A stretch of 58,106 nucleotides of DNA from positions 1-58,106 of the forward strand of contig ADNK01000620.1 of assembly GCA_000320545.1 (NCBI GenBank). Reading direction: 5' to 3'. The notes beneath the pieces were generated by a model. The model ran no database searches. It was not told where the DNA came from and worked only from the letters and a program-made list of their open reading frames with translations. The position numbers were made by a program, and so were the translations under genes. This document shows positions 25,609-38,756 of this stretch, piece by piece; the first letter of the stretch is position 1, and every line of letters begins with the position of its first letter. Source of the DNA: Bigelowiella natans CCMP2755. Lineage: Eukaryota; Protista; Cercozoa.

Positions 25609-28591
25609 ATGAGCTCCCCCCAACCTTTGCCTAGTATCGACATCGGAGGTAATTTACTCGATGGCATGTACCAAGGTATGACAATCAAATCTTCATAGGC
25701 TTACAAATCGATCATTTAAATGTGTCTAAATGTGTGCTCTCGTGTTCTTAGGAGTATACCATGGCAAAACAAAGCACTCGCCAGACTTGGATAATGTAGG
25801 AGCTGACCATCTTTATCAATTAATGCACAAGCCATTGTTGTTTGTGCGTACGATGAACCTTTCTTTTTCTTCCTCCACCAACAGGTTCTCGCTCGGGCGC
25901 GTCTTTACGGTGTGATGTCTGTGCTGGTCACAGCTGGAACGCTTTCAGAGGCAAAAGAGGCGCTAAAATTGGTACGTACAGAGGAAAAAAAGGGAGGGAG
26001 CAACATCGACAGAGTTCCTGTTTCCTCGTCTAGCAGCATTATTCTACCGAAATTCCTCTACTCAACGGTGGGCGTCCACCCCACGAGATGCAATGAACTA
26101 GAAGATGGCGGAGAGGTACTCTAAACTGCCTCTCTCTCTCATACATCTGCGAAATTATAGGAATATGTCTTTCAGCTCTCCTTAATATCGCCCTTCATCA
26201 TGTTGTCATTATCGTCGTCATTTTGGCCATTATCCCATCTGATCCCATTCCATCATGTGATGCATGCCGAAACACTTGCTGCTTGGAGTATCGTCATCGT
26301 CATTTGATGATCATCGTCGTATTCAGGATTATCTCAGGGAATTATTGAGTGTGGCAATAGAAGGATCGAGTACAGGACATATCGTAGCAATTGGCGAATG
26401 CGGACTTGATTACGACAGGTTAAAGTTTTGCCCGAAAGAGGTACTGTTCATTTTTATTGTCCCATTATTTGGTCAAGTGTAAATGAAATGATAGGTGTAG
26501 TTATTAACTTGACGTATAAATCTAGGTGCAAAAACGTTGGTTCGAGCGTCATTTTGAGCTTGCGAACAAGACAGGTTGTTGTTGTTGTTGCGGTAGTAGT
26601 CAAATTTGAGAGAAATGACTCGCTCATTTCCTTTTGTACTTTTATCGTATCCTTCAGGGCTTCCAATGTTTTTACACAATCGAAACACCGCTGGGGATTT
26701 TGTCGAGATGATCCGAGCCAATCGAGAACGTTTCAGTGAGGGAGTCGTCCATTCTTTTGATGGGAGCTCAGAGGTTAGACATGGATCATCTTCTCCATAC
26801 CCCTCCTCCTCCTACTCCTCCTCCTCCTCCTTTTCGTGCTGCTATCTCCCGTACCAGCATAGCAACACATAACACACACACGCACACACAGGTTATCAAA
26901 ATAAGGAGAGAAGTAAAATGTATTGTATGCATTTCAGTGACGCGGCTTTGTGTTCGCTGCTGTGTTTGACAATGCCGTTTGGTGTCTATAGGAGTTGAAA
27001 GAGCTTCTAGAGCTTGGGATGTACATCGGTCAGTACTTGTGGTAGTAGTAGCAGTAGTAGTAGTACTAGTAGTGGGTTAGACGATTTCTACTCATTATAA
27101 TACAAACTAGCCAACACGGCTGCATACACATAAATTAGCATGCATAATCAACAAACACATGCTGCAAAATATAGCAGCAGCAGCAGCAGCCTAGTTTGTG
27201 CTAGATGACGACGACGACGACAAGCTGGGGCAAAGTATAGCATAGCTGTGTCTCCTCCTCGTTAACTGTGCATCATGTTTCTCCTCCTAGCTTACTCACC
27301 ACGTGCGGCGGATTGGTTGATATATAGGAGTAAATGGATGCTCTTTGAAGACTGAGGAGAATTTAAAAGTAATGAGCCAGATTCCGCTAGACCGGTAACA
27401 ATTAGTATTAATAAAAAGGGGGGGATGGGAGGCATCTAATGTAGAATACTCCGAAACATTATTATTACCAACCGCTGCTGCTGCTGCTGCTGCTACTACT
27501 ACTACTACTATTGCTACTACTGCTACTCATCGTACTCGTGCAATGATATCTGCCTCATCCTTAAAGCAGCTCGAAGAGAACTTGTTATACGCTTCTTGTA
27601 GACCAAACAATGCTGTAGTGTCTTCTTCTTGTTGCTTTAATTTAATAATAATAATATAATGGTACTAGATTGATGATAGAGACCGACGCTCCATGGTGTG
27701 AGATACGGAGGAGTCATGCTGGGTTCAAATACGTCAAAACTAAGTTTGACTCTGTGAAGAAGGAGAGATACGATCCAACCTCAAACGTGTCTCTTTGTGT
27801 CAAGGGAAGGTCGCAAGTTAATGAATGTCAGGAGAACTACTTATGCTATTACTTCCACGACACTAGTACCGGCAACTACTGCCACCACTCTGCTCGCATG
27901 TTGCTGCTGCTGCTAGTGCTGCTGACGATGAGAGGATGATAACTATAAAATGATGAGATATTTTGACATTTTGGTAATAATACAACGAATGGGTGGTTAT
28001 TAACAGGATTGAGCCTTGCCACATCCAACAAGTCTTAGAGGTAATAGCGAACCACCGCAAGATTGACCCTTCATCGCTTGCCCAGAAATGTCTCGAAAAT
28101 ACAATCAGAGTTTTCTTTCCCTCAAAGACGGCAGCAGCAGCAGCTACGGGTGAAGGAAAGCGAAAGACTGACAACGACCCAAAAGCCAAACCACTGCAAT
28201 ACTCTCCTCCTGCTGCTGCTGCTACTAGAGTCGGAACCAATAAGAGAGAGGGGTCATCATCATCATCATCGTCGTCGTCGTCACGATGTTCCGGTGGGGG
28301 TTTATCTGGATCAAGACCCGCTGCTGTCCGTTATGCTAACATGCCTAGTTCTCTTGCACGGCTGTTATGGACGCCAATGGTTTCACCCTCCTCCTATGCT
28401 ACTACAAAACCACTGCCAAAGAGCGCGAAACTTACGAGTATTTTACTGAAAGCAGCAGGCGCGTCATCAACAGCTATGGCTGCTTATTCTCATCAGAGGA
28501 GAACTCGCCAGATAGCAGCTGAGTACAGTAACGGTAGGGGGAATAGAATAATAAGTAGTAATCGAAGAATGGTAAGTGGTAGTAGCAGCTT

Positions 28592-28627
<36 letters not shown>

Positions 28628-28766
28628 GTCAACATCAATCTTACGTCGTCAGCCGAGCCATCATAGCAGGGCTGTTATCGGTTTAGTTGCTCCATGGGGT
28701 TCATCGTTAGATCTGTGGCTGGGAAGACGTAGCAGCAGCGGTACTACTAGTAGTGGTACCAGATAG
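25609..28766 (+). CDS. TATDN1: TatD-family DNase (TATDN1-like) with a long Ser/Arg-rich C-terminal extension
   Basis: Motifs [81 protein letters not shown] and NTIRVFF; the last exon stays open to TAG at 28764-28766. Confidence 0.9.
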
Positions 28767-29674
28767 ACAATGATGGTATTGATAATACAATCATCTTGCT
28801 CCTCACAGTCTCGCATGCCATTCTTTCGCTTCGGCTTGCCCTCTTTGGGGGAATCATCTAGTCATCACAGGGGCACCAGGGTGAAGACATCGAAGAACAA
28901 AAAAACAACACCTTTCACTGTCATTGTCGATGTTCTACGATGCATGCACACAACTAGGCACCATGTGGAAAAAGCACATGTCACACATGTGCATTGCATG
29001 CATCATGCACGTGTGACAAAGCAACATGACGTACACGTACATGCACATGGCATGCGCGCATTATTGCATCACGGTGTCCATCACTGCATGTCCATCACTG
29101 CATGTCATGTGGGATGTGCGGATGTCTGTGCATTGTTGCCAGGCAGACTGCGAGTGTCAGTGACGTGCCACATACAGTTTAGCAGTCCTGTTTTTTCAAT
29201 GAGATTTCCATGCAATTGGACCAATGTTGTCTTTCTCGAGTACGTTATTACAAATCGATCCATTTGCGCATGTGACCCGCATGAATCGTTGTCCTGACTG
29301 ATGACACGCCAATGTTGCGTGTGTCATCAATAATGAAGTAATATGACAGACATGCAACATGATACACATGTATATCTATATACACATGTATTATATACGT
29401 AGCAGGTACATATCTAGATATGCGCAATCGATTGCAGCACAAAATTTATGTCGTCGAATGTTGCAATCCTGAATGTAATGAAGGATTTATTGACTGGGGG
29501 GCAGTGCAAATCTTCCAAGTTTTCATGTTGACTTGTATTCCGCCATTTCTAGGTTTATTAAGCGAACGATTTTTATTCGGGAAAATTAAAAGGTCCCAAA
29601 ACTCTAGAACTCCTTCGCAGCTACAAATCCCATTATCTTAATTTACAGTGTCACTGAGAACCATCTTCCAAGTT

Positions 29675-32600
29675 CTAGTCAGAATCAGAATTCAGAAAAA
29701 GTCTCAATCTTGGTAACAACAACTCATTATTTCCAGGCATATATTGTTGGGTCCATTTTGGCACATTTTCCAGTACAACAGATGCCTTTAGCCCAAAAAC
29801 CAGCAATCGTGACTCCTCCAAGAATGAAGTTGGCAGTATTTCCTTGCAGCATTCGTAGTACAACTGTAACAACAATACATTGTCAGGCATTCATGGAATC
29901 AATGAAATGAACTCATGGTCATTATTCTTACCTCTGACATCATGGTTGTGTCGTCTTCATCTTCCGTTTTTGCAACTGGTGCCTTATTATCAGAGCTTGC
30001 GCCTTTTCCTTTTCTTCGAAATATGACCTTCCCTTCATCACTACCAGTAGTACCAGTTGCAGGAACAGCCGTGATAAGATCTAACCTCACAAACTCGGGG
30101 TGCTCTATCCCAAGAAGCTTGCCGAAATTGGCCACAAATGCCTTCAGTGGCAGGTCGCTAAACATATGAAACAAATTGAGTATATATGCAAACACATTAA
30201 GTTTATGTTGGTATCATATAAGTCACAACCTGTGCAAGTCAACAAAATCCCATTGTTTCACAAAGCTCCTTGGTATAACAATCTGGTTCTTAGGATTGTT
30301 GTGATGATGAGGATGGACACCAGAGCATTTTAAGTCATGAACAACTTGCGCCGCAGTTGGTTCAGCGTATTTTGTAATACTTCTTTCATGACTGTTATCG
30401 TTGGAAGAAGAAACAGTAAGAGACATCATCCACGACGAAAAGGAGTCGTCGTCGGAGTAGCTCATGCTACCAGTCTTTGAAGAATACTGTGGTGGGGTAG
30501 AGGGTAGATCAAATCTTACATCGTCAAAATTTGTGCTTGTTAAAGCATCATCCTTCGTATCTTCTCTAGGAGCTTTTTTTCGTATCATTAAGCTATTGCC
30601 GCTGCCGGATCGTCTTGAGAGAGCCTTACACAATTGTAGGCTAGCAAACCCTGCCAAAATACTAGTGGTGGCCGGGGACGCAGCACATCGATTACTTGCA
30701 ATGCGATGACATTCAATGCGTGTAGGGTAGGGCAAAGAACGCTGCACTGTAAGTAAAGTTGCACATGCATGAATCCAATCTTTCACTTCCTTACCGTCCA
30801 CATCCAACGGAATGGCTGTAATAGGTATTTCTTTACATTCGTCTCTGATATTAATTTGGCTGCTGCCATACCAAGACCTTGCTATTGTGGTCACCTCTTC
30901 CAATGATAAACCCCCTTCTGAATTATTTTCATCATTTCCATTTCCATATCCAACGGCAGACAGCATCTTTTTAAAGAAGCAAGCAGTTTTCCAAACAAAT
31001 ACTGCTCTTCCTGGTAAAAGAGCGTCCCATTTAAGAGCTCCGGGTGCACAAAGAAGCTGATAGCCTTTCAACCCACTAAGGACAAAATTAAACCAAATTA
31101 TATCAATGATTGGATGTACAAACAGTTAAAATTGGGAGGTTTATAGGCTTAATGATGTGATGAGACTATTTCTATATTTGTGTACTACGTGAGACAGTGG
31201 AGATGGTTGAGATGACGAGCTCCATCACTGAAAATCCCCACAAAAGTTTTCATTGCCATATGAACGCACGCTTTGTGGCTGACAATGGGAGGTGTCTCCC
31301 CATCACCAGACATCGAGAGAGATTCGGCACGAATGCTTCCTAATGCCTCGCGACTCCATTGTGATAGGTGGGCAAGCGAATATCCAGTGTTGACAAACGT
31401 ACTTTCTCTCTTCGGACTCTTCTTCGTTTGTGCGGCAACGTTCAAACCAAACAACGCATTAAAAAGCTCTTTAGCATGTAAGATACAATCTTTTGTTGTA
31501 AGGACCATCTTCGCTGTAGCCTTGTTTGTCTCTAATGGGTCAGATTTTGTAGAGAAGCTTGAAGGAGGTTGTGTATGCCTAGGCACAAAAATATGACAAT
31601 GTCCTTCCAGATTCTCTGTTTGTAACCGCAGAAGGGGGACTCCATACGTTTCACACTGGTTTGCAATGTAACTGTAGCAGCTATCATTCCCATTGCCGAT
31701 ATCGTCTTCGCTGCCAATACTAAGTGCATTTGTGTCTGCAACTACAAAATTCAAATCACTCCAAAGCTCAGAGGTAAGCTCATTTTCAGCTTGAATTGAT
31801 GGCCATACGCTATGACCCAAAACTCCAGTAACACCTCGAGACCACAATCGATTTGCCGCCGCCACGGCTCTGTACTCGCCTTCATCCTTGTTGGAAAATA
31901 AACCAGCACCGAGAGGAATATCACACATCTTTACTACTTCGCCATCTACGATCTCCAATCCCCCTCCTGATCCAAGTCCGATCGCGGAGGCTGCACGAAT
32001 AAATTCACTTCCAACAGCCCCGAGTCCTGCTGCCAACACACGAACTCTTGCAACGTTTTCACTAAAATCAGATCCAAATAAAATAGAGTCCCCTTCCCTC
32101 AACTCCAACCCATCTTCGTCAGAAACGTCGCCATACGCGTTAACACGGGCCCATTGTGATAGTAATTTTGGTGTCTGGAAGTCATTAGCAACTGATGCTA
32201 CTGAAACGGTCTTTAGAGCTTCCTGCGCTATAATTCCACCTCCCATAATGCAAAGAGGTGTAGCCTCACGTTCTGCTGTCCGGGAAAATCTTTTTGCAAA
32301 ACTCTTTACTGAGGATTTTCTATTCTCTCCAAGTTTGAGCTCAAGACGTATTTTTTCAGCAAATTTTACAATCTCTTCTGCATGTGACTCGTTTGCGATG
32401 TGCGGAAGATGGCCGTGTGTTTCTTGAAAGATGAGGAGTGCAAGCAAAGTGGCGTGCTGTATACCATGGGTTTTTACATCTTGAACAGTGCTTAAACATT
32501 GTTCAAAAGACTTATGATTACGAGGCGGCTTCTCGTCTTGCAACTTCTGCACCAGAGCCGCCCCTCCTGCAGCTTCGTTTCCGACTAAATTGACGACATA

Positions 32601-33997
32601 GAAAACATTTGCCCTTTTTCTATCCAGTAGCACTTCAAATGCTTTCCCCTTGATATCATCGGTGTGCCGCAGTCTTTTGGCCTCATCTAAATGGAATCTC
32701 TCTGTGGCTTTTACGGATGATCTTAATGATTGAGGAGGTGGTGATGCTGCTGACGAAGACGATGGTACGTATGCTGGACTTATAGGATACTGTACAAGCT
32801 TTGTATCAGAAGGAAGATACGACGTAAAAGTGACAAAGTCCCCATTGCGAAGAGCGTGATTCTCATGAAATGAGCTATTGCATATAACCTAAATGACACC
32901 ATTCAAAACAATAATTATGTCTGACATAATTCCATGTCTCTTATTGTTGAATGAAGCAGTAGGTAGGTTTTGCATTACTATGGTATTCGTTCTTGAATCT
33001 TTATTCGTTCATTTCTCATCAAAACAGCTGATTACCTTTAGGTATCTTCTTTCCGATCGTGTCTCAAGATGTTGTTCTGCTACGTCAAGGATAGCTTCTT
33101 CCTCATTAAGCTCCATTTTCCCTATTTATCACATTGAAATAGAGCATGAGAGCTGGTTCGCATTCTGAACCATTGCATAACTTATTCAACCGTTGTACTA
33201 TTATCATGAATTTAGCAGAAACGTTAGCAGCAGCACTGAGTGTTATACCTTCAATGTCCTGATATACCCTCTCCCCGAGACGTTCTTTTAGTATTTTCCG
33301 TCCCCATTGAATCCTTTCACTCTTGGTCATCTTCTCAGGTAATATGTATGCTGGGAGAAATTGAGAGAGAAATTGGACAAGGCTTTGATGAATCCCAACT
33401 ACTGGAGTCACTCTGTAGATCATTAATTATCGACAGAATTCAGTTATTGTGAGCGTTCTTTTTGATCAATTCAATTCTTAGATACCTTTCGATGACAAGA
33501 GGTCGGTCCATGGGGGAAGGACTCAATGGCTGTATTTAAGTGTACATTCAACATTCAGCAACATACTGACAACACATGGTTTGGATGAAGACTATTTCTT
33601 TTCTTTCGAATTAGCTTATACTGGAATTTTAGGTCCGAAGTTCGTGAACACGCTTAAACTCAATCCAAAAGCTCCACCCCAAATAAATACTATGCCTTTC
33701 TCGGAGCAATACTGATAATGAAGAGAAGATGACAAAATTAAATAAGGATTTAGTTGTTCTTGCTTTCATGTTGCCGAGAAATGAGGAATATATGAACGTC
33801 TATTTACGACCCCATTACAAACTGGCATATAGTAGTACATTATCCATTCGTACCTTATCAATATCAACAAGCCTTTTCTGCTTCCATTGTGAGCTCAGGC
33901 CAGTAAATATTACAACAGAGAGTCCATCGAGGTCCTTGTTGCTAATTGGTCCCTGATGATAGTAGGATAAGAGGCTTAGTATGGTAGTAGAGTGAAT

Positions 33998-34032
<35 letters not shown>

Positions 34033-34063
34033 GCACACGCAGGGAAGATTTAATCGAAAAATG

Positions 34064-34103
<40 letters not shown>

Positions 34104-34433
34104 ATGTGTGTGAGTGAGAGAGGGAGAAATGTCAAAGACACTCTCGTACCATTAACAGCGATTACCAGTATCATTATTATCATCATGACTATCTACTACT
34201 ATCCACCAGCACCATACCGAATGTATTTGAATCTGAGTATTTGGGTTTAGTGTTCTCAACATGGGCTCCAAAACAGACGAACGCTTGCTACCCACTGCAT
34301 CTTTCGAGTACCTTACAAAAATAAGGTTAGCCCAATAAATATAATTCACATAAGATACAAGGGATGGTCCAGATTAATAATACCACAGAGGGCCGATGTC
34401 TTTTTCGGTGACTTTTTCATCATCATGAATCTA

Positions 34434-34464
<31 letters not shown>

Positions 34465-34467
34465 AAG

Positions 34468-34511
<44 letters not shown>

Positions 34512-34550
34512 TTATATATATATTATTGGTTATTGGCTGTTGAGTACTTG

Positions 34551-34605
<55 letters not shown>

Positions 34606-34974
34606 ACTGTTGAGTACTAGCTAGCAAGTGGATAGACAAAGAATTATAATGATGTAACATATACCAAAAGCCTATCTGGACCAATAAGTAGCAAGTTCCG
34701 TGCAGCCTCAACGCCAAGTCCTCTCAATCCAAAAACCTTTTTTTATGTCAGAAATCTTGTTAATATTTCAATTCGTTTACAACTTCTACATGTTTCTTCC
34801 TACCCCGATTTTGAGGCTGTAGCATGTATGTTCGATAGTTTTCTTGCCAAGGGCCCACTCTACTCGACTCAAATCCCTATTTTCGGCTGTCGGTTATGCA
34901 GACAAACAGACAGACATTGTGTAAAATTATGGATCATAAGTAATATATATACACACCCACATGTACTTACATAT

Positions 34975-35010
<36 letters not shown>

Positions 35011-35252
35011 ATGGATATACGTTTAAGAGAATAGGTATTGTGGGATTACAATGCAGCCTTCGAATAAGGTGGAGTATTGGATCTGAGGGCTGACTTGTTG
35101 CCAGGGTTTCGGCCAACGTCTATTTAACAAAAAAGAAGATTACATTCGAGTCGAGCTGCTGCTGCACATCACATAATTTATACTTGTTATCATACCGAAA
35201 TGAGGTTCTTAATTTTGTAATCCTTGACATATTGACGAGTCTGCTCATCCAT
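29675..35252 (-). CDS. Divergent UBA1-like ubiquitin-activating enzyme paralog, predicted catalytically inactive, with N-terminal RIIa/Dpy-30-like module; start uncertain
   Basis: Spliced order follows E1: DLSRVEWALGK..KIG|VFGLRGLGVEAARNLLLI (inactive adenylation domain), DAVGSKRS..LRTLNP, HALRNGDFVTF (FCCH), GGGIIAQEALKTVS, VLAAGLGAVGSEF (adenylation domain), AKELFNALF (SCCH), PATTSILAGFASLQLCK, and WDFVDL..LPLKAFV...LLLPRLRL (ubiquitin-fold domain). Confidence 0.8.
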
Positions 35253-38200
35253 TCTCGGACAGAACAAAGGTGAAAAGGGTGAAGTGTAGAGGTTGCTATC
35301 TTCAGTAGAGCTTCCTTCCCGTCCCCCTCTTTAGAAGATTCTGTGCGACAAGTGACTAGGTCGATGAATGTCCGTTCGTCGGTTACACACCGTGGATGAT
35401 GATGATTCAGGCAGCCGTGACAAATATAAAGATCTACGCTCGTACATGTACATGCATATACCGTACAACAACGACGACGACCGTTACTGCATACTCGCAG
35501 GCAGAGTCAGAAGCCAATGATATTGTTGCCAACATTGTTGTGTCGGTAGATCTAGATCTCGTTTTTATCATTCATATTTCTATAGGGGCTCTGTTCTGCT
35601 GTACGTTGTTGTGAATAGTGTTGCCAGGTGTTGCCCATTAATCCCCGGTTAGTACCCGTGACTTGCTGCAGTGGCTAAATCCGTGGTGGTGGACTGAAGA
35701 AGGCCACCATTCCAACCATCCGAAACAGATCATTTCCATCCCTCTCCCCCTCTCCTCCTCCTCCTCCCCCCTTCCACCTGTTCCCACTGTAGAAGTAACA
35801 GCGACAAGGAGTGGTGACCGACAGGATTGAATCAAAAGAAGGCAAGGAAGAAACCTACACCGAAGAATGACGACTAATGGGGACTTGAGTCCTGATCTGA
35901 AACTGATTAGCGGGGCGAAGCACGAGCTTGAAGTTGAAACAGAATTCGCGTTGCCAAGGGCTAAGAGAGGTCACCAAGGCTGTAAACTTTATTTGATGTG
36001 ATAACATAAATATACATTTGGCTCATATCATTTATAATTTTGTGCATGTGTCTGATAGAAATTCCCTAATTTGATATGTTCGGTTCACTGCGTGTGATGC
36101 TACTGCTATGTGTATGTGCGTGTGTGTGTGTGACGAGAGGTACGAAGTGAGTAGATGTGGTTGTTTTACTACTACATGAAGGCTCACGAGGCAAGGTCAC
36201 CGTTATCGGGGTCGGAAGGCTAGGTCTTTGCTGGGCTCTAAACCTTGAACGAGTAGGATATGAAGTGTTAGGTGTTGATATCTTCCCATCTTACGTCAAA
36301 AGTCTCAATGAGAAGGTGAAGATGCAGATCTCATGAACAAATCGTGTATTACTGTGCAGAATTCAAGAGCACACATGAGCATGTATAATTTATGGTACGA
36401 GTACATACGTGGTTCTATGTGAGTGTGTGTGTGTGTGTGTGTGTGTAAGCATTAAATGGTATGTTTAGGAGGAGAGGAGAGCGGAGGGTTGTAAGCTATG
36501 GGGGATTTATATCTAGTGTATGCCTAGACCGAGAACCTCATGTAGCACCTCTCTTCGATGCATGATCATCACCACCACCACCACCATCAGACCCTGAAAA
36601 GTCCGGAGCCTCGTGTGTCTGAGCTGTTGCGTGAATCGAAGAGTTTCAGAGCAACACTTGACATGAAGCATGGGATTGAATTCTCAGACATTCTTTACAT
36701 TCTTGTGCAGGTAGTAGTAGCAGCAGCAGCAGCAGTAGTGGTAGTTGCTGAGGGAGAGGCACCTCCTGTTTAAATGAACTATCTTTCACGTTTATCGATT
36801 AAGCGAGAGCAGTACCATCGTCGGAAGTGTTGGAATACTATTTTTCTATCTATCTATCACGTTGTTTTTCGATTAAGCGGGTGCAGCATCATCGTTGAAA
36901 GTGTCGTTTTATCATTATCTAATCGATGGATGATGCTCCAACATATGTGATGAATCGTGATCATCGATGATAATAATGAAAGACCCCTTCAACCGGAGGC
37001 AAGCGACATTATGATACTTCTTTTGTTGCCCGTGTTCTCAATCAAATCAACAAACAGAAGGTATTAGTTGTTACTTGTTTCTTGTGAGAAAGAAGAAGAA
37101 AAGAAATAGTGCATGGTAAGATCACGTAGTCCTTTCCTTCCAACTTACTCTTCTGTGTGTCAACAGAAGAGTATACAGCAGCAAAGAGAGTCAGATTCAT
37201 TTTTGAAATTGTTGTTCTTATTTAGGTGCAGAACAAGCACATCATAATCGGTTGTACCGTGATGCCGACTTACTGCGAAAAGGTAGTGGCGGTTGTGGTT
37301 GTGGTTGTGGTTGTGGTTGTGGTTGTGGTTGTGGTTGTGTGGATGATGACGGTGCACTTAAATATGAGAGAATAAATACATGATGCAATGATGGAATACA
37401 ACACAAAGTGCTTGTGGTGGTGGTGCTGCCTATAATGATTGGAATAGAGTCCTCCTACTTACAATAATAAAGACTGTTAACCCTCTCCTCGCCCTTTTCT
37501 CTTCCAATTTAATCCCTTATTCTCCTCCTCCTCCTCCTCCTCGTTATTGTTGTTATTGTTGTCTTGGAATTGTAGGTTGCAAAGATGCTGATAAAAGATT
37601 GTAAGAATTGTAGTATTAGCTACAACCCAGAGTTCATCGCTCAAGGTGCAAGCTGCTATTAGCAATCCGCAGTGCCGTACTATCACTAGTAGTATGAGTT
37701 AAGAATACATACCAACATATCGACAAAGATCTTTCCCGCTCACAAGAGAGAAAGAGAGAGAGAGAGAGAGAGGGGGGGGGGGGGGGGGGGGGAATTAGCA
37801 AAGTCTTTCCCTAGCTTCATGATTATGATCATCCTTTGTTCTTTATGATGATTATTTGTTGTGTATGGCAGGTGACATTATCAAAGGACAGTTGTACCCT
37901 GATATTGTTCTCATCGGAGAGGGGTAGTAGTAGTAGTAGTAGCAGCAGTAGCAGCAGCAATGATGATGATGACGATGATGATGATGATTGTGATGATGAA
38001 GCAAATATCTTGTACATTTCATGAGTCGGTTACTTTGATGAGTCTCTGAAGGAGATATGTTGATATACTCTCCTCGTGCTGCTGTTGCTCTTGCTGCTGC
38101 TGTATCTATCAGATCGAAGGAGGCAGGGGATGTGATAGAGGTATTAGCAGCATGGAAGAAGAAGAAGAAGAAGAAGAAGACTAAGCACAGCAGCGAATGC

Positions 38201-38511
38201 TCCATAAATAAGACATATCTCCTAGCATGATGTCACTGCTCTATTACTACCTTGCTGCTGCTGCTGCTTGTTGATCTGCTGCTGCTGCTGCTGCTGCTCT
38301 CCTTACGGTAAATAATACCAGGCCCACGCACGTCATATTGCTCTCAATACACCTAAAATCCAACGAATGGGAACAACCAGCGCCGAGGTAGTATGTATGT
38401 ATGTATGTATGTATGATGAGAAGAGTAGTAGTAGTTGGGTATTCGTTGTAGTAGTACAGCAAGAGGAGGAGGAGGAGGAGGATAAGTATATGGATAAGTA
38501 CATGTTTACCA

Positions 38512-38560
<49 letters not shown>

Positions 38561-38574
38561 ATATATTGCATGCA

Positions 38575-38612
<38 letters not shown>

Positions 38613-38686
38613 AAGAATGAGAGGGAGAGATAAGCAAAGACATCTTCATACCAACTTCAATGGAATTTAAATATCCAACACTGCTG

Positions 38687-38756
<70 letters not shown>

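Noticed and set aside
35253-35570. Longer leader for the E1-like gene ending in an (L)RGG-like motif
   Set aside because: In-frame TAA directly before RGG (ttc taa aga ggg gga); cannot be supported without cDNA
37772-37792. Poly-G run as a functional G-quadruplex
   Set aside because: A homopolymer among many intronic repeats, with length unreliable in assemblies
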